Assembly: GCA_010909165.1 (NCBI GenBank)
Contig: MU008202.1
Span: 1-64,000, forward strand
Direction: 5' to 3'
Source: Anthoceros angustus
Taxonomy: Eukaryota; Plantae; Anthocerotophyta
DNA length: 64,000 nucleotides
The notes under the pieces are model-generated. The model did no database searches. It saw only the letters and a program-made list of their open reading frames with translations, and was not told where the DNA came from. How positions within the stretch are numbered: the first letter of the stretch is position 1; each line of letters opens with the position of its first letter. Below are positions 10,325 to 23,266 of this stretch, one piece after another. The position numbers and the translations under genes are program-made.

Positions 10325-10690
10325 TCCTCATTGTAAACCGCGTGTTGTTGTAAGGTATGTATGTCCGTTGTAAAAGCCTTGTAAAACTTGACAATGCGTT
10401 GTAAACCACTTCCCATTGTTAGTAGACCATGGGCCGTTGTAAAGAAAATCGTTGTAAACAAAAGTGATGGTATTTACTACGGCGTTGTAACAAAGACATT
10501 CATTGTTGTAAAATCATTGCGGATCTATGCGTGTTGCAACCAAGAAGAGCCCTCGTAGTAAAGTAGCATATGCCACGTCATCGAATAGCCATGGCTAAAC
10601 ACTCCCGTAGTAAAACACCAGAGCTCTGTAGTAATAATTGGCTATACAAGAAAATAATCCATGAACCATGAAGCCCGCTTGTAAATCGAC
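10325..10690. repeat. Cluster of about ten (C/G)TTGTAA(A) motifs, resembling DNA-transposon subterminal repeats
   Basis: Motif at ~10331, 10347, 10367, 10379, 10398, 10435, 10451, 10483, 10506 and 10678. No CACTA terminus seen. Confidence 0.4.
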
Positions 10691-11809
10691 TTGAGCCTCG
10701 AAATTGCTCTAAAAAACAGCCTATAGTAAAAGGCCCGCTTTTCCTAATGCAATTAGTCTTGCGGCGTATAAGAAAGGCCACGGCAATCAAAATTTGTTGA
10801 GTTAAACGTGACGATCTGCTTTGCTCATATCCGTAAACATGCTACTACAAAATGATTAAGGTAAGAGACTTCGGTGCCTCGCCTCACCCCGGCCTCGTTT
10901 CCTCGGCCCACTTCGTAAATATAGTGTGTATTCAAGTAATGAGTGAGACAATATTCTTGTCCCAAGTAGTCTCTAAATTTAGACTTTCATTTTGAATATT
11001 TTCATGAGTATTTTAATTTTAATTTTAATCTCATGTAGAAGTGATATATTTGTATATCTTGTAAAAAATCGACATTTAGAGAAGAAATAAATTAGTTGAA
11101 ATTATTAACGTGCTATATGAGGACAAAATAACAATGTTTCGTCTGGCTTCGGCTCAAGTCGTGAGTACTCAAGCATGCTTGCAATTTAACCGGCCAATCC
11201 CACTGCTGCAATCAGCTCAGGCCTACCGCGTTCTGGGTGCTACTCATGTGGGGTTCTCACTACGGGTAGTTATGGCTACCGAGGGTCCCACACCAAACCC
11301 TAGTAACTTATTTCAAACGCCGCTGGATCCTCGCCACGGGCCGCGACCGCTTCCCGGATCAGTTTTATTCTACACTTCACACTTCATGCTCACACGATTT
11401 CTAGGAACGGAGTTCCTAGGACACCTCACACCCGCTTCCACACACACACCCACACAAAAAGGCGCCACCACACGATTTCTGGGGAACGCTGCTTCCCTCA
11501 GGTACTTCCACCGCCAAAGACCGGTTTGAGTTTCACAATCCACTCACATCAATTTCCCACCGCCAATTTTCACAATTTCTCCTCCCACTCCACTTTCGAT
11601 CTCACACCGTCGCATCGTGACATGCTGGCGACCTCCCCTTCGCCCGATCTCTCTTTCTCCTCCTCTTCTCGATGCACACACAAGCTTCCAACCATCCACT
11701 CAACACTTCCGGGTTTCGAACACAACTATCGTGGGATCAAAGGTGAAGGCAGAAGAACCCCAAGGCCACACAAGCGTTACGAGCAAGCTCCTGCACCCGC
11801 CCCGCCCAA

Positions 11810-14450
11810 TCCCTTGATTTCCTCCTCCTTGTCGTGGATTGCTCTATCATCCTCCTCCCTCGGGCCAGTGAGCAAGCTCGACCACCCCTGAGCTGCCTCA
11901 CGCGCCCGCCTCCGTCAACCTGGACTCCAACCGCCACAGCAGGTGGGGATCTCAACCGGAAATTATCGTATGGTAGCACAATTTGCCCTTTGTAGTAGCA
12001 TCACCGGGGCGCCATAGCCCCGACTGGTTCTAAAATACCTATCGCAAAGACGCCTACAATTCCGAGCGATCTTAGGTCCAGTGTGGCATCCCCAATCAAA
12101 TTTCCTTCCTAGGATGCTATCACCTATTTGCCTACGCCATCACGCTGCTCTTCCGACGGCTTGGCCCGGCCCTTTCGCCCTCCGCTCCGCCGCGAGCTCC
12201 TCCGCTTGTCCGATCTAATGTGTCCTCCCACAAGACCTCCACCTCACTATCGCTGGTGGATGTCAACGGAGAGGTATCACTGGCTCTCTACCCGCAAATT
12301 GCCGCCATTCTCAGGATTAATATGTGCTCTTCTTCCACCATGCTCGGACTTTTCTTCCGCCGCCTCCAAAATCGCCCGCAAATGCCTCGTTGCTGATCTG
12401 CCCCCAGAGCTGCTATGGCCGAAAGTTGCTCACCATGCGCCATGCTTGAGTTGGGCTCCCGATGCTCTGGTGGCTCATACATGGTGGACTCCACGATCGG
12501 GCCGTCTGCTCAGCAACTCGCGGTGTATTTCTGGCTGTTCCTTCCTTTCCTTCTAGTCCTTCCACTACCATCGTGGACCCGGCGCCGCTTCCTCTTTCCT
12601 CCTTCTCCTTTTTGGCCACGTGCCTCGCCGCCTCGCTTATACCGTCCGCCAACTTATGGGCTCTCCATGAGGTTGCCTCTTGCCTTGGGCTGCAACAATT
12701 CCCCATTTCTTGACCCGTGGCATCCTTGATCTCGGGCCATGAGCTCTCACCATGGACTCCAGCCCTCGAGCCCCGCGCAATCTCCCGAATTTTACCCTGC
12801 CTCCTGGTCCGCTTATCTTCCTCCACCGCTGCTTAGCCTCCTCCTCCTGATCGGGCCCTCACCACTCGCCGCCTCTTGCACGTTGAGACGAGGGGCTAAA
12901 CGCAGCCTTGGTCCAGCCAAGTCCGACCGCCCGGATCATAGATGGGTTAGCTCCCGTGAAATACTTGTTGAGGAGGCCCGCCCGGACGCCATTCTGCCGA
13001 GCACCTTCCTTCCGAGGGTGCGCACTCTAACCACCCGCCGACCTCTCGCTGCCGGAGTTCTGGAAAATCTCTTCCATCCCGAGGAGGGGTCTCGCCGAGG
13101 TCAACCCTAATCCTTCCGGTCGGTTCGTCATCCGCATCCGTGGTCAAGTCAAATTTTCCTCGATCGTGCCTCCTCCGCCGAATCAATCACGCTTGCCTCC
13201 TCATTTTCTTCGCTTTGCGCACGACGCCGCTGACCAGACGCTGCCCACCTTCTCGCCTTCTTTTGTGAGCCTCACCGCCTTCTCCCGGCTTTTTCTTCTT
13301 GCCGGTGGCAACTCCTTTTCCTCCTCGAATCGCCCATTGCCACCGACTCCCAATCACAATTCCTCCTCTATTTCCTCCTCGCTCCACTCACCTCACCTCA
13401 CCCGGCCTGGCTGAAGGAGGCCACACCCACCTCCAGTATGAAGCGTATGACACAGTGAACCAAAATGGCGAATTAGAGAAGGACGAGGGAAGAGGAGATC
13501 AAATAACCTCTCTTCACAGCCTTGTCAAAGAGAATTCGCCCAATCGATCCTCGCCCCTTGACAACTTCATGGAGAAACAAGAAGAAATGGTCGACAAATA
13601 GTCCCGCTTGTGTCAGAGAAAACATAGAGCCACTTGGCTGCACTCCATCACTGTCGATACCAATTCTCGGGTCAACCCATTGGCTCCCGAATTACGCTGC
13701 CTGACTGTTGGCCCGCACGCGTGCCTTTTCCGAGAAGGTCTGATTACCAAACCACCTTCCTCCTTTTCACGCTCATACACTCTCCGACCACCCAGTCCCA
13801 ATCCCAGGCTTCTAATTCCCCCGCCTGGCCGCCATTGTCGGATGGTAGACTCTGTACTGGGCCCCAAGTTCGAGATAATTCCACCGCTTCTCCATGAAGC
13901 CAAGCTAACTCCTTCACCACCCCTCATTTCCGGACCTTCCAATGGTCCATGTTTGGCCATTGTCACAATTTCTGGCCTTGGGCGCCATGCCTCTGCAGCA
14001 ACCTCCCTTGCCTGCAGTGCCTCGAATCGGTGATGCCTCGCCTCAAAATTCATGGCGGGCCGGGCCTCCCGTGGTTCCTACCTCCTGCCAATCCACACAC
14101 TGTAGAGTCACCCCTCAGCTGGCCCCTCACTAGCGAGGGTTTGGTCGTCCTCGCGATTGCCCTCTAAGCCCTCTAGCGGATCAGCGGTACTATCCTCGAC
14201 GGCCCTCGTGACTCGCCATTCAGGCCTGGCCTCACTCCGCCTCCGCCCGCCATTGCGCTCCATCGTTTGAACTTACTGCCATTTTTTACATTCGTCCAGT
14301 TACGTGCCCGCTCCCCTACTACGATCGATTCCACGACTACTTCTCCTTCGACGACCGCTCCTTCCTTCCACGACCGCCCGTCCCCTAGTCGCCGACCGTT
14401 CTCAAACATAACCTTTCTCCCCATTTCGGTCCGCAACTACACACTTATTC
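11810..14450 (-). mobile_element. Degenerate transposon-like remnant, copy B (possibly a Gypsy accessory ORF)
   Basis: Homologous to 8040-9990 and extends further 5' with broken ORFs. No RT/integrase motif seen. Confidence 0.5.
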
Positions 14451-15159
14451 GACTACCACCTGGTTGGATCGACCTCCAACCTATGGACTTAGCAACCATA
14501 TACCAAATATGTGAACCCCCCTCACACATATATAGACTTTCTATTGGATATCCCAAGACCAAAGGCCAAGGGACATCGAAAAGACCATTTATTATCTAAC
14601 CTAAGAAACAACAAAAACCCCCATAAGCCAAGGACACTTTTTGACATAAATGCCCTCTCCTACTGTCAACCTGGCTTATTTTAACACCATTCCTAACAAG
14701 AAAACAAAAAAATCACCCCAAGACGCCTTTCAACAGGGAGTTTCCAAATCCAGATCATTTAAAAGTTCCCGAAGCGGAGGATGTAGAACCGGAGACAGGT
14801 GCAAGATCAGCCAATAATTTTATAGTCTGCAGGCTATTGTAGAAAGCACTAAAAAATGATCAGCAAGTCCTCTCTTCAAGGAGTGACATCCAGACATGAG
14901 TTCAATGGAACTCCACAATTAAGTGTCATTCGGACGGATTGGTACTTGGATGAAGTGTCGCCCAATATGTCCTCGTCTCCACAGTGTGCCTCTAGGGCCG
15001 CCAATTGTTAGTACCCTACAGAGTTACTCCCAATCAAGTTTCAGTGCATAGTATTATCGCAGATCAAATTCCAATGGGAAAATTCCACATATACTTTGAA
15101 ATATCTATAAAAGTCTCTAAATTCACTAAAAATGATCAGCAAACTAACCACGCTGAATT

Positions 15160-15290
15160 AAAGTGCAAACTTGAACTTTACAAGTTGGAGGTCTAGTGCA
15201 AACTTAAACTTTACAATTTGAAGTGAATGGAAAATTTTAAAGTTGAAGTGAACTGCAAGTTTGAACCTAACAAGTTGAAATGAACTCACT
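15160..15290. repeat. Degenerate ~27-bp minisatellite
   Basis: Recurring AAGTGCAAACTT(G/A)AACTTTACAA-like units. Confidence 0.6.
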
Positions 15291-18182
15291 TGACATTTGC
15301 TTTCCTCTTCAACTTGTACTTCTGGTTGCTGAAGGTACAAAAAATCTGTCTTTTTGCCCAACGATTTGACTGATTTCCTTAGTTCCCTTGCAAAGGCATT
15401 TTGAGTGGGTTCTCTATTTTGGCACTTTTTGGTCTTTTTTTATCAGATATTAATATTATTTTAAAATAAGATACTTCACAATAATTTTCAACGTACTTCC
15501 CTCTTCAATTTTTTGTAGTTAATTATTTTTTTCTAATATTCCTAAATTACATATCCCTAAGTAAAATCAATTTTCAGCCCCTCCCTTCCTTCGCTTTTTA
15601 GTGGAATCTCTTATGAGTTCTCGCAACTCAATGAGCATGTAGTGGTAGTGGTAGGTTCAAGATGGAGATCCTGACATGCAAACTAGGTGCAGGTATGCTG
15701 CGGGCAATCAATATATGATTGTGAGGTGGGAGGTGGGCCCGAAAATGAGATAAGCCTGCAAGTTAAGGGGTCGCAGAGAGTGTGATCGGAAGACGAAGGA
15801 GGAGTAGAGCCCAAGTATAGCCCAAATGTACCCTCAATTAAACAAGTATCAAATGTTCCTACAAAAAATAGAGGGCGTTAGTAGCTACATAAAAAGCTTG
15901 TAGTAATAGGAAAACACTTAATTTCTCGGGAATAGACTAATAGTTGTCATCTAAGAAGTGAAGAAATTGTTCTTACGCTGCTTGAAAGAAAATTCTTCAC
16001 ATCGAACCGAGTGTCAGAATTGTAGCTTGATATCAATATTGGGAAGAAACGGAGGAGAGGAAGAAAAGGTTTGACTATTTGTGAAATAATTTTTTGATAC
16101 AAGAGACGAGAAATAATGACATTGGTCCAAATACCTACCATTGCTGAAAGAGTAAAGTCAACTTTATATCTTGACACCTGAGCATAGCATACTGTCTTTC
16201 CCTGTTTCTTGCATTTTGTCAACCTCATATATGTCAACGTACATGTGTAGGGGTGTGGGAAGGAAAACAGAAGGGACGTATGTTTGTTTGAAGTACAAAA
16301 TATTAGCCTTTAAAGCGAATCTGCTTGGGGAGAGGTGAGTTCCTTGGACCTTGAATACTCTTTGGCATAAAACGTCGAAATTACGCAGTCGTACATGAGG
16401 GAACATTTGAGAAAGCGGCAAAAAAAAGTTAATTTCCCATGTTTTCCTTATGACCATGGGACGTGGCGCGGGCCCCTTGGGGCGGACTCTCGGGCGGTGT
16501 GTCGATAACGAATCGGGGCCCGCGGCTGGGCAGATGGCAGATGCCTTTTGCTGTGGCCGCTGCGCCGCCTTGGGCCCGTCGTCGGCGGCTGCTTGGACGG
16601 ACACTGTCCCAGTTTGGCTGGGAGGGCAAGGAGCAAAGCCCACATTTCGTGGCCAGTGTTGTGGGCATGTTTGTAGCCACTCTAGGACCTAAAACGTAGG
16701 GAAAAGGAATGGAATGGATGTCGGAATTTGAAGCGAAGAATGAAGGAAAAAGGAGGAGTGTGGGGTGGGAAGTCGGGATGAAACGGCTACGATAATTCGA
16801 TTTAGCGGAGCGGTTGAAGGCGAAGCGTGCGAAGGAATCGATGAGGAATTCCGAATTATTCGGCTTTAGCCTTAATGCGCTTCACAAAGGAAAAGGTTTG
16901 ACGAACGGCATTCCAATTCCCAAATTGGCGCACAAAATGTTGGAGTGTGTGTGTGTTTCGATGGAGGAATCTTTGCCTCGGGTGGGGTACGGAAAACGGC
17001 AAGCAAAGCCAGGCCAGGCCAGGCCAGGCGGGCTGGGCGTCGGGCGTCAGGCGTCAGGCGTCAGTCGGCAGTTCAGTTGGCCGTACGGGTGCACCAGCGG
17101 CCACGCTCGCCGCCCCGTTCCGTCCCGTTCCGTCTCGTCGCTGCCCACGCTGCAACTGCGGGGACGGATAGGTGTTAATATTATACCGTTCCGCCCCCAC
17201 TGCATTGCATGCAGGTGTTGCTGTGCGGGCGCTCGAAGCCCCGTCCCGTCCTGGTTTCACGACCGAGGACTCGGACCGGGAGCAGCCATCCTGGGCGCGG
17301 CTCGCGCTGCGGGCTCGTGGATTTCCACGAGATTCTGCGGCTGGATGTAGCAGCCGGCTGCGCTGTGGATGTGAGAAGAGAATCCCGCGTCAGAGCAGTG
17401 CTTGTGGACTGAGGTGCAGTCCACTTGGCTTCCTGGTCGTGGTGGTCCTGGTCCTGGTCCTGGTCCTAGCCCTGGCCCTCGCTCGTTCTGCTGTTGGCCC
17501 TGGCCCGATCGGGAAGAGGCAGCGGCGCAGCCATAGGACTACCCATTGCCCTCCTCCTGCCATGGATTACGCTGCTGCTCCAGGTCCGGGGAGGGGGGGC
17601 TGTTCTCCTCGTGGGATGTGGGGAATGATTCTAGAAGCCGGAATTTGGGATGAGAATCTTGGAAGGGATGGGGGACCTTCGCCTCCATCCACCCCGCCTC
17701 CCCGATCCTGTCGTGCATAAAAGACCGGCCGATGCTCTCATTCCTTCCCGATCTCCACAAGCTCTCCTACGCCTCCAGCGCTTGCACCTGGCTCTCTCGC
17801 TCTCGCTTACGCTCCCGCTTTCTTTCCAGCGCTTGCTCTAAGTCCTCTTTACGCTTCCTGCTCCTGAGCTACAGCCTTAGGCTGCCGCTCTCCTCTTTGC
17901 TCCTTCTTCTGCTTCTGCTTCTGCCGCGGCCTGGGCCGCCACCCAGTCTCACTCTCCGCTTAGCTGCGGCTACTCCTGCTTCAAGTTCAAGCCAGGCAAC
18001 AGCTCCCGACTCCCGCTCCCGTCTACGACTTCCTCTCAAGTGTTGCACTTCCTCGTTCGAGCCCTCCTTTAAATTTCCTGCCTCTTTGCTTGCTAGCCAG
18101 CTCCCAATTCGGCGCCAATCTTGTGACGTGACCGCTGCAAGGGAAGCGTTGAGGGAATTTTCGTCAGCACCTACAGAAATCC

Positions 18183-18563
18183 ATGGCCATGTCGGATTCG
18201 GAATGGCAGGCGTGCCTGAGCCCGATGCAGTACAAGGTGCTGAGGCAGAAGGCGACGGAGAGGCCCTTCACCGGGGAGTACTACTCGCACTACGAGACGG
18301 GGACGTACAAGTGCGTGGGATGCAATAACAGTCTCTACTCCTCCTCGGCCAAATTCGACAGCGGATGCGGCTGGCCGGTCTTCTACGAGGCATTAGATGG
18401 AGCCATCGAGACGCAGACGGATTCCGATGGCCGCCGGACGGAAATTGTCTGCGCCAACTGCAACGGTCACCTGGGCCATCTTTTCACAGGGGAAGGATTT
18501 CCCACTCCCACGGATGAGCGCCACTGCGTCAACAGCATCTGCCTCAAATTCTGCCCGGAATAG
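18183..18563 (+). CDS. MSRB: Peptide methionine sulfoxide reductase B (intronless ORF, 126 aa)
   Basis: KATERPFTGEY, CVGC, KFDSGCGWP, RTEIVCANC, GHLGHLF, ERHCVNS: SelR/MsrB motifs with both CxxC zinc pairs. Confidence 0.95.
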   Translation: MAMSDSEWQACLSPMQYKVLRQKATERPFTGEYYSHYETGTYKCVGCNNSLYSSSAKFDSGCGWPVFYEALDGAIETQTDSDGRRTEIVCANCNGHLGHLFTGEGFPTPTDERHCVNSICLKFCPE

Positions 18564-19719
18564 CAGGCGGCTGCATCACCTTTCACTCCTCCTCCCCCCC
18601 TTTTTTCGCTCTTCTCCTTGCGGCCATATTCTACCTACAATTGAGCGCAAACAGGCTGCCTATAGCTACACATTTTTTTTTGACAAGGTCTACGCACACA
18701 GCAGTGGATGGCATCTTGGCACACGGTATATGCAGTAGTGTGAAGAAGGGACTTCTGCGGCCGGCTAACCTAGTCTTCTGCACTATTGCTGACGGGGGAA
18801 AGGTTCTTGCATACATGTGCTCGCAACAACAGCCCTGGAATTGCAGGAAACCGGAGTTGCTGGAAGTTTCTCAGCGCTACTTCGGTCACAAGATGCTCTG
18901 CTGCCAGGTCTTGTTCTTCGAGGGTGCCGTACAGTGTGCAATGCAGTGCTGTGGAGTGCGCGGTGCAACATCAACATCCCTGCAATTTTGTGTGCCGTGC
19001 ATTGGGGACTGCAAATTTTGGGACAGTGTCACTTGTTTCTGGGGCTGAAGTTTTTTCTTTTTTCCAAGCAAACTGTGGCCTGCGTCGTGCTGCCACGTCG
19101 AGCAGGGAGCGGCGAGGGGAAGCTGAGGAATCGGTCCTCGGCTACGAGCTAGAAGTTAGAGGTCGGGTAGTTACAAGTGCCGTGCGGATGCAATCCTTGC
19201 CCTCCTTTTCCGGCACAGCGGATATTAGACGCATCAGTTGAAGTGATTCCGTTAAAGCAGTTAGAGAGATCAGGGCCTCGCAGGCTGCAGCGCTGCAGCA
19301 GCCGCAATCATTCAAGAGAGAGCTGTGTGAACTCTGTGCGCGGGGTGGTGAGGTTCCACCTGCTGGTTACCATGGACCATCCATCCTGTCTGTGCACAGT
19401 AGCCTAGTCTGGCAGATTGCCACATTCATGAACTTGAATGAAGAATGATATGTTCAAGCTGTTGTGCTTTGTGCTTTGTTTGATTCCCATGTTATCCGTC
19501 CACCACATCCAAACAGGAGCTGGCAGGCACCAGCAGCACAAGGACAAAACAGATCCCCACCACAAATCAAGTCACAGAAAATTGGCTTCTGCCCTTGCAC
19601 CTGGTCGCACCCTCTCACATCACACTACTCGTACTCTCACTGCCACTTCAGGACAGCGGTTGGTGGGTGTTGCATTCAATTCCATTCCCTCAGGAGCCCA
19701 GAGTCCTGATCGCTCCTCC

Positions 19720-21967
19720 TCAGTGGGATTGGAAGAAGGCAATGATAGGGGCATAGAGATCGGAGTTCGCAGTCGTTCCCGTGACGAAATCTGCGTGCCC
19801 ATAGTTGGGCAGGTCCACAACTTGCACAACCCTGTTCAGGGCTTGCCTCAGGAGCCCCACATCGGCCGTATCCGCCAGCCAGTCCTGCCCCCCACAGGCA
19901 AGGAGGATGGGGAGGTTTTCGGGAATTGCCCCCAGGTTGTAAGCTGGAGCAGAGGGGGAGCCGTAGTGCGCCAGGTTGCCGACCAACCCGTAATCGTGTT
20001 TGGCAAAGGTTCCGGTTCTGATCACTGCACGAATTTCCAGGCAAATTTGGTCAGCCAAACTGTTCGAGTTGTCCGGATCATATGAAGTCAGCAACTCATC
20101 CCGAAGCCGGCGCTCAGAGGAGACTCACTTTGCGCCAAGTGGACCAGGTTCCTTGTACTTGTGGACTGGGGCTCGAACTGCAAGTAGTAGTCCCACCTGG
20201 AGCCATTGAAACAACAGTTCGGTCCTGGCCAAGACAAAGGAAGAAAAAATGTGAGCCCATGCTCTGTCAGTCAGCCGGATTGACACAGGGTCAAGTCAAT
20301 AAAAAACACAAAAGAAGTCTAGGATGTGCTAATCAGGATTCCTTCCCCTGGCTTGGCAGATGCATTCATGCAATGCAGGCTACAAGATTTTACCAGTCAT
20401 GGCTGTGAGCAGATTTCCGCAGTTCACTCCCTGGATTGCACAAACGCGGTCAAGTAGCCACCTCCAAGCTCCACTGCGTACACATCAAAAGAGTACATCC
20501 CGAAGCTCTCAGAAGGATGGGTCGATCAGTAACCGTCCCGCCCCTCCCCCGCCTTAGCATATAAAATGAAACGTGCTAATTCTGGCTGACTTGATTACGG
20601 TGCTGGAATTATGCCCCAGCACCAAATGCTATTCCCTAGGGCTTCCCCAGTCTACAAATTATGCACACAAGTTCTTACTTACTTGTTCAAGCCAAACTCT
20701 CCCGGTCCTACGCTGTTGAATAACTGTGGGCCAACCAGGACAGCGAGAAACTTCAGTCTCTCAAAGTGGCTACAGAAGGAGCAGGATGGGAATAGAGGCA
20801 GTGCTTACCTGGTCGATATACATATCGGCTGCAGTCCTAGCCATCGTGGACTGGACATTTCCGAGAAAAGCGATAGGGCTGAGCAAGGCAGCAGCTGCTA
20901 TGTTATCTGTCAAGCTTGTGTCCTGGCTGAAGGCTGCCAATGCTGTGATTGTGCCCTGCATCAAGATTCCCAGCAATTTAGCTTACATACGCAACTTTGC
21001 AAGAACAACGCCACCCTCTTCGGTTTGCCCAACAATACCAGTTATTAACTGCACGTCTACCTGAGAATGGCCAACGTAGTAAATGGGAGTGTTCCTTCTT
21101 CCATAGATGAAGGAGATGAAAGCTGGGGTGTCGTAGGCTGCTAGGTCATCCCAGGTCCAGTCCCAGAAATCCTGCAGACAGATTTAAAACTTGCTTGCTT
21201 TCAAACTTAATCAGCTAAACTGTTAATTGCCATAGCCGCTCAAGTTGCCCTGCAAGATACAAACACCAGCCGGAGGAGCGAGTTGCTCAAATACTTACGG
21301 AATCAGACCTCTGGAATGAGATGTGACCGTGGCTCCACGTTGAGCTCCTGGAGCTCCCGATCCAAACATCGTAGCCAGCGTCTGCGGCTATGTATGCCAG
21401 GGACTGCTGCGGATTGTTCAGAACCCAGTCATCGCCTCCCTGCAGATGAGGATGAGGTGCAAAGGTCATGATCAATTCTGCCAACACCACACAGCGAAGA
21501 GACTACGGAATTCGTGAATTCATGTAACCCCGTTCTTGGCAAAGAAAATGCCAGGATTCACAACTGGGGCACCTCTAATATTCCGTGCTGCAGAAACAGT
21601 GGCTTGCCCAACGCAGCCTGTGGTCCAGCAACGCCATGAGGAATGTTCTGGAGGCCGAGAAGAAAGCCATCCTGAGTTTGCACCTATGATTCATCAAGAC
21701 AAAACAGAGCGCTCAAAGTCAAAAACTCGAACACAATCTTGCAAGCTTTGCAGCGAATAAACTTGTGAAATGCACAACACAGATGCGAACACAAAATTTT
21801 CGGGGAAGTTCACGTGAGGTCACCGTGTACTCAATGCAAGGGTATCCACGCCCAAGGATGATAGCGTCACAAAGGCCCTCAGCTCGAGTTCCTTGAACAA
21901 CGGCGAGAAGGCAGAAAAGAATGATTAACAGACTGGGAACGGTGGTGACCCCGTCTTTCTTCGCCAT
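19720..21967 (-). CDS. Secreted acid triacylglycerol lipase (LIP1/gastric-lipase family), multi-exon
   Basis: Signal peptide, 'TQDGFLLGLQ', 'FLQHGIL', 'GYDVWIG', 'DFWDWTWDDLAAYD', 'YVGHSQ|G' catalytic motif split by an intron, 'EPQSTSTRNLVHLAQ', 'NYGHADFV'. Confidence 0.93.
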
Positions 21968-23266
21968 CCTCAAAGACCTCACAGGAAAGAGGACAGGGAA
22001 TGGAACTGAGCTCGCCGAATTACTCCAGACACACAACAACTCAAATTCGCAGCGGAGCCCTGGATCTGGAAACGCTTCAATTCCCGCTGAGGAACTGAAG
22101 GCTACAAGCTCAGCACGTCGACACTAGTTGCCCATGAGGCGGCCAAGAAGCAGGCAATCCACAATTCACGGTGGCCGGCAGTATCGCAAAGGGGAGCAGA
22201 CACAATCTGCGATGAGAACAATCCTGCCTCACCCAGGCTTCAATTTATACATATGTGACTGGGCAGGCTGTGCCCGAGGTTGATCGTATTAAAGTTAGAT
22301 ATCTCGAAACGTATTAGCTGCAAGGAGAGCGTTATACTATACGTCCGGACGAGGCATCTTTGCTTTAGGAGGTGCTTGATTTGTGGTTTGAAGAACAATC
22401 TGCTTCCTGTGAGTAGACTGCGTATGATGGACGAAATAATCCACCAAGAGTGTGGATTCATGTCTACCCTCTGGGTAGGTGAACCTAGCTGGAATCTATT
22501 ATCGGCTCCTGCCTGCCGTCTATCCTGTGTTTTTCTGTCTGCAGAGGCGCCGAGAGTTTGCACCGTGTTCACACCTTTCCCACCGCTGCCTATTCCCACC
22601 ATGTCCCAACCACGTCAAGCGAAATCAGCCAGCGCAGGGTGTAGCAGCGAGCACTCTAATGTGACCCCGTCCATAATTGGAGTTGGAGTCAAATGGCTGG
22701 AACAAGCCATGTGTGTGGCGGGTGCCAATTTACAGATGCTGCTTGAGTTGCTGCAAGCCAGGTGGCTTTCTTCAACGCTGTTCACAGTCTGGACGTGCGT
22801 ATGTACACACATACATTTTGGACATAATGGAAGCAGTTTCCTAAAAGGAATGTGTCCGTGTGTCGGTGGCCACGGTCCGCTGTGCACGAAAAGGCTGGTT
22901 GGCAGACAAGACCTGCATCGGGCTTCCCCCCTGATCTGTTGTTCTACTTGCAGCGTGCGAGGTGTGCATAGGAGGTATCGTGCTTTTATGAGGGCACTCT
23001 TTGCGTTGTGGATACTGTTTGAGAAGTATCTTGGAGTAAAATAAAGAGTGTGTTTCAGTCGAGGCTCGTGGTTACCTACCACTAGCCTGTTGTTTGGGTT
23101 ACCAGCAACAGTCTTTCAGCGCTATACCTTCTCTAACCATAGCCTGCTTGCACTCCCTTGCGCAAACAACCCCTGCAAACCAGGGCATCCCTTCCTGTGA
23201 AGAGTTGTGTACCGCTGCTTGCAGTGTGGCCACAAGAGGAAACATATGGGGGAGAGACCCGTTGCA

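Noticed and set aside
10320-10860. Complete CACTA element
   Set aside because: No CACTA/TAGTG terminus, TSD or transposase found.
17172-18328. Long ORFs upstream of MsrB on both strands
   Set aside because: Low-complexity, GC-rich simple repeats; the minus frame has several TAG stops and no domain is recognisable.
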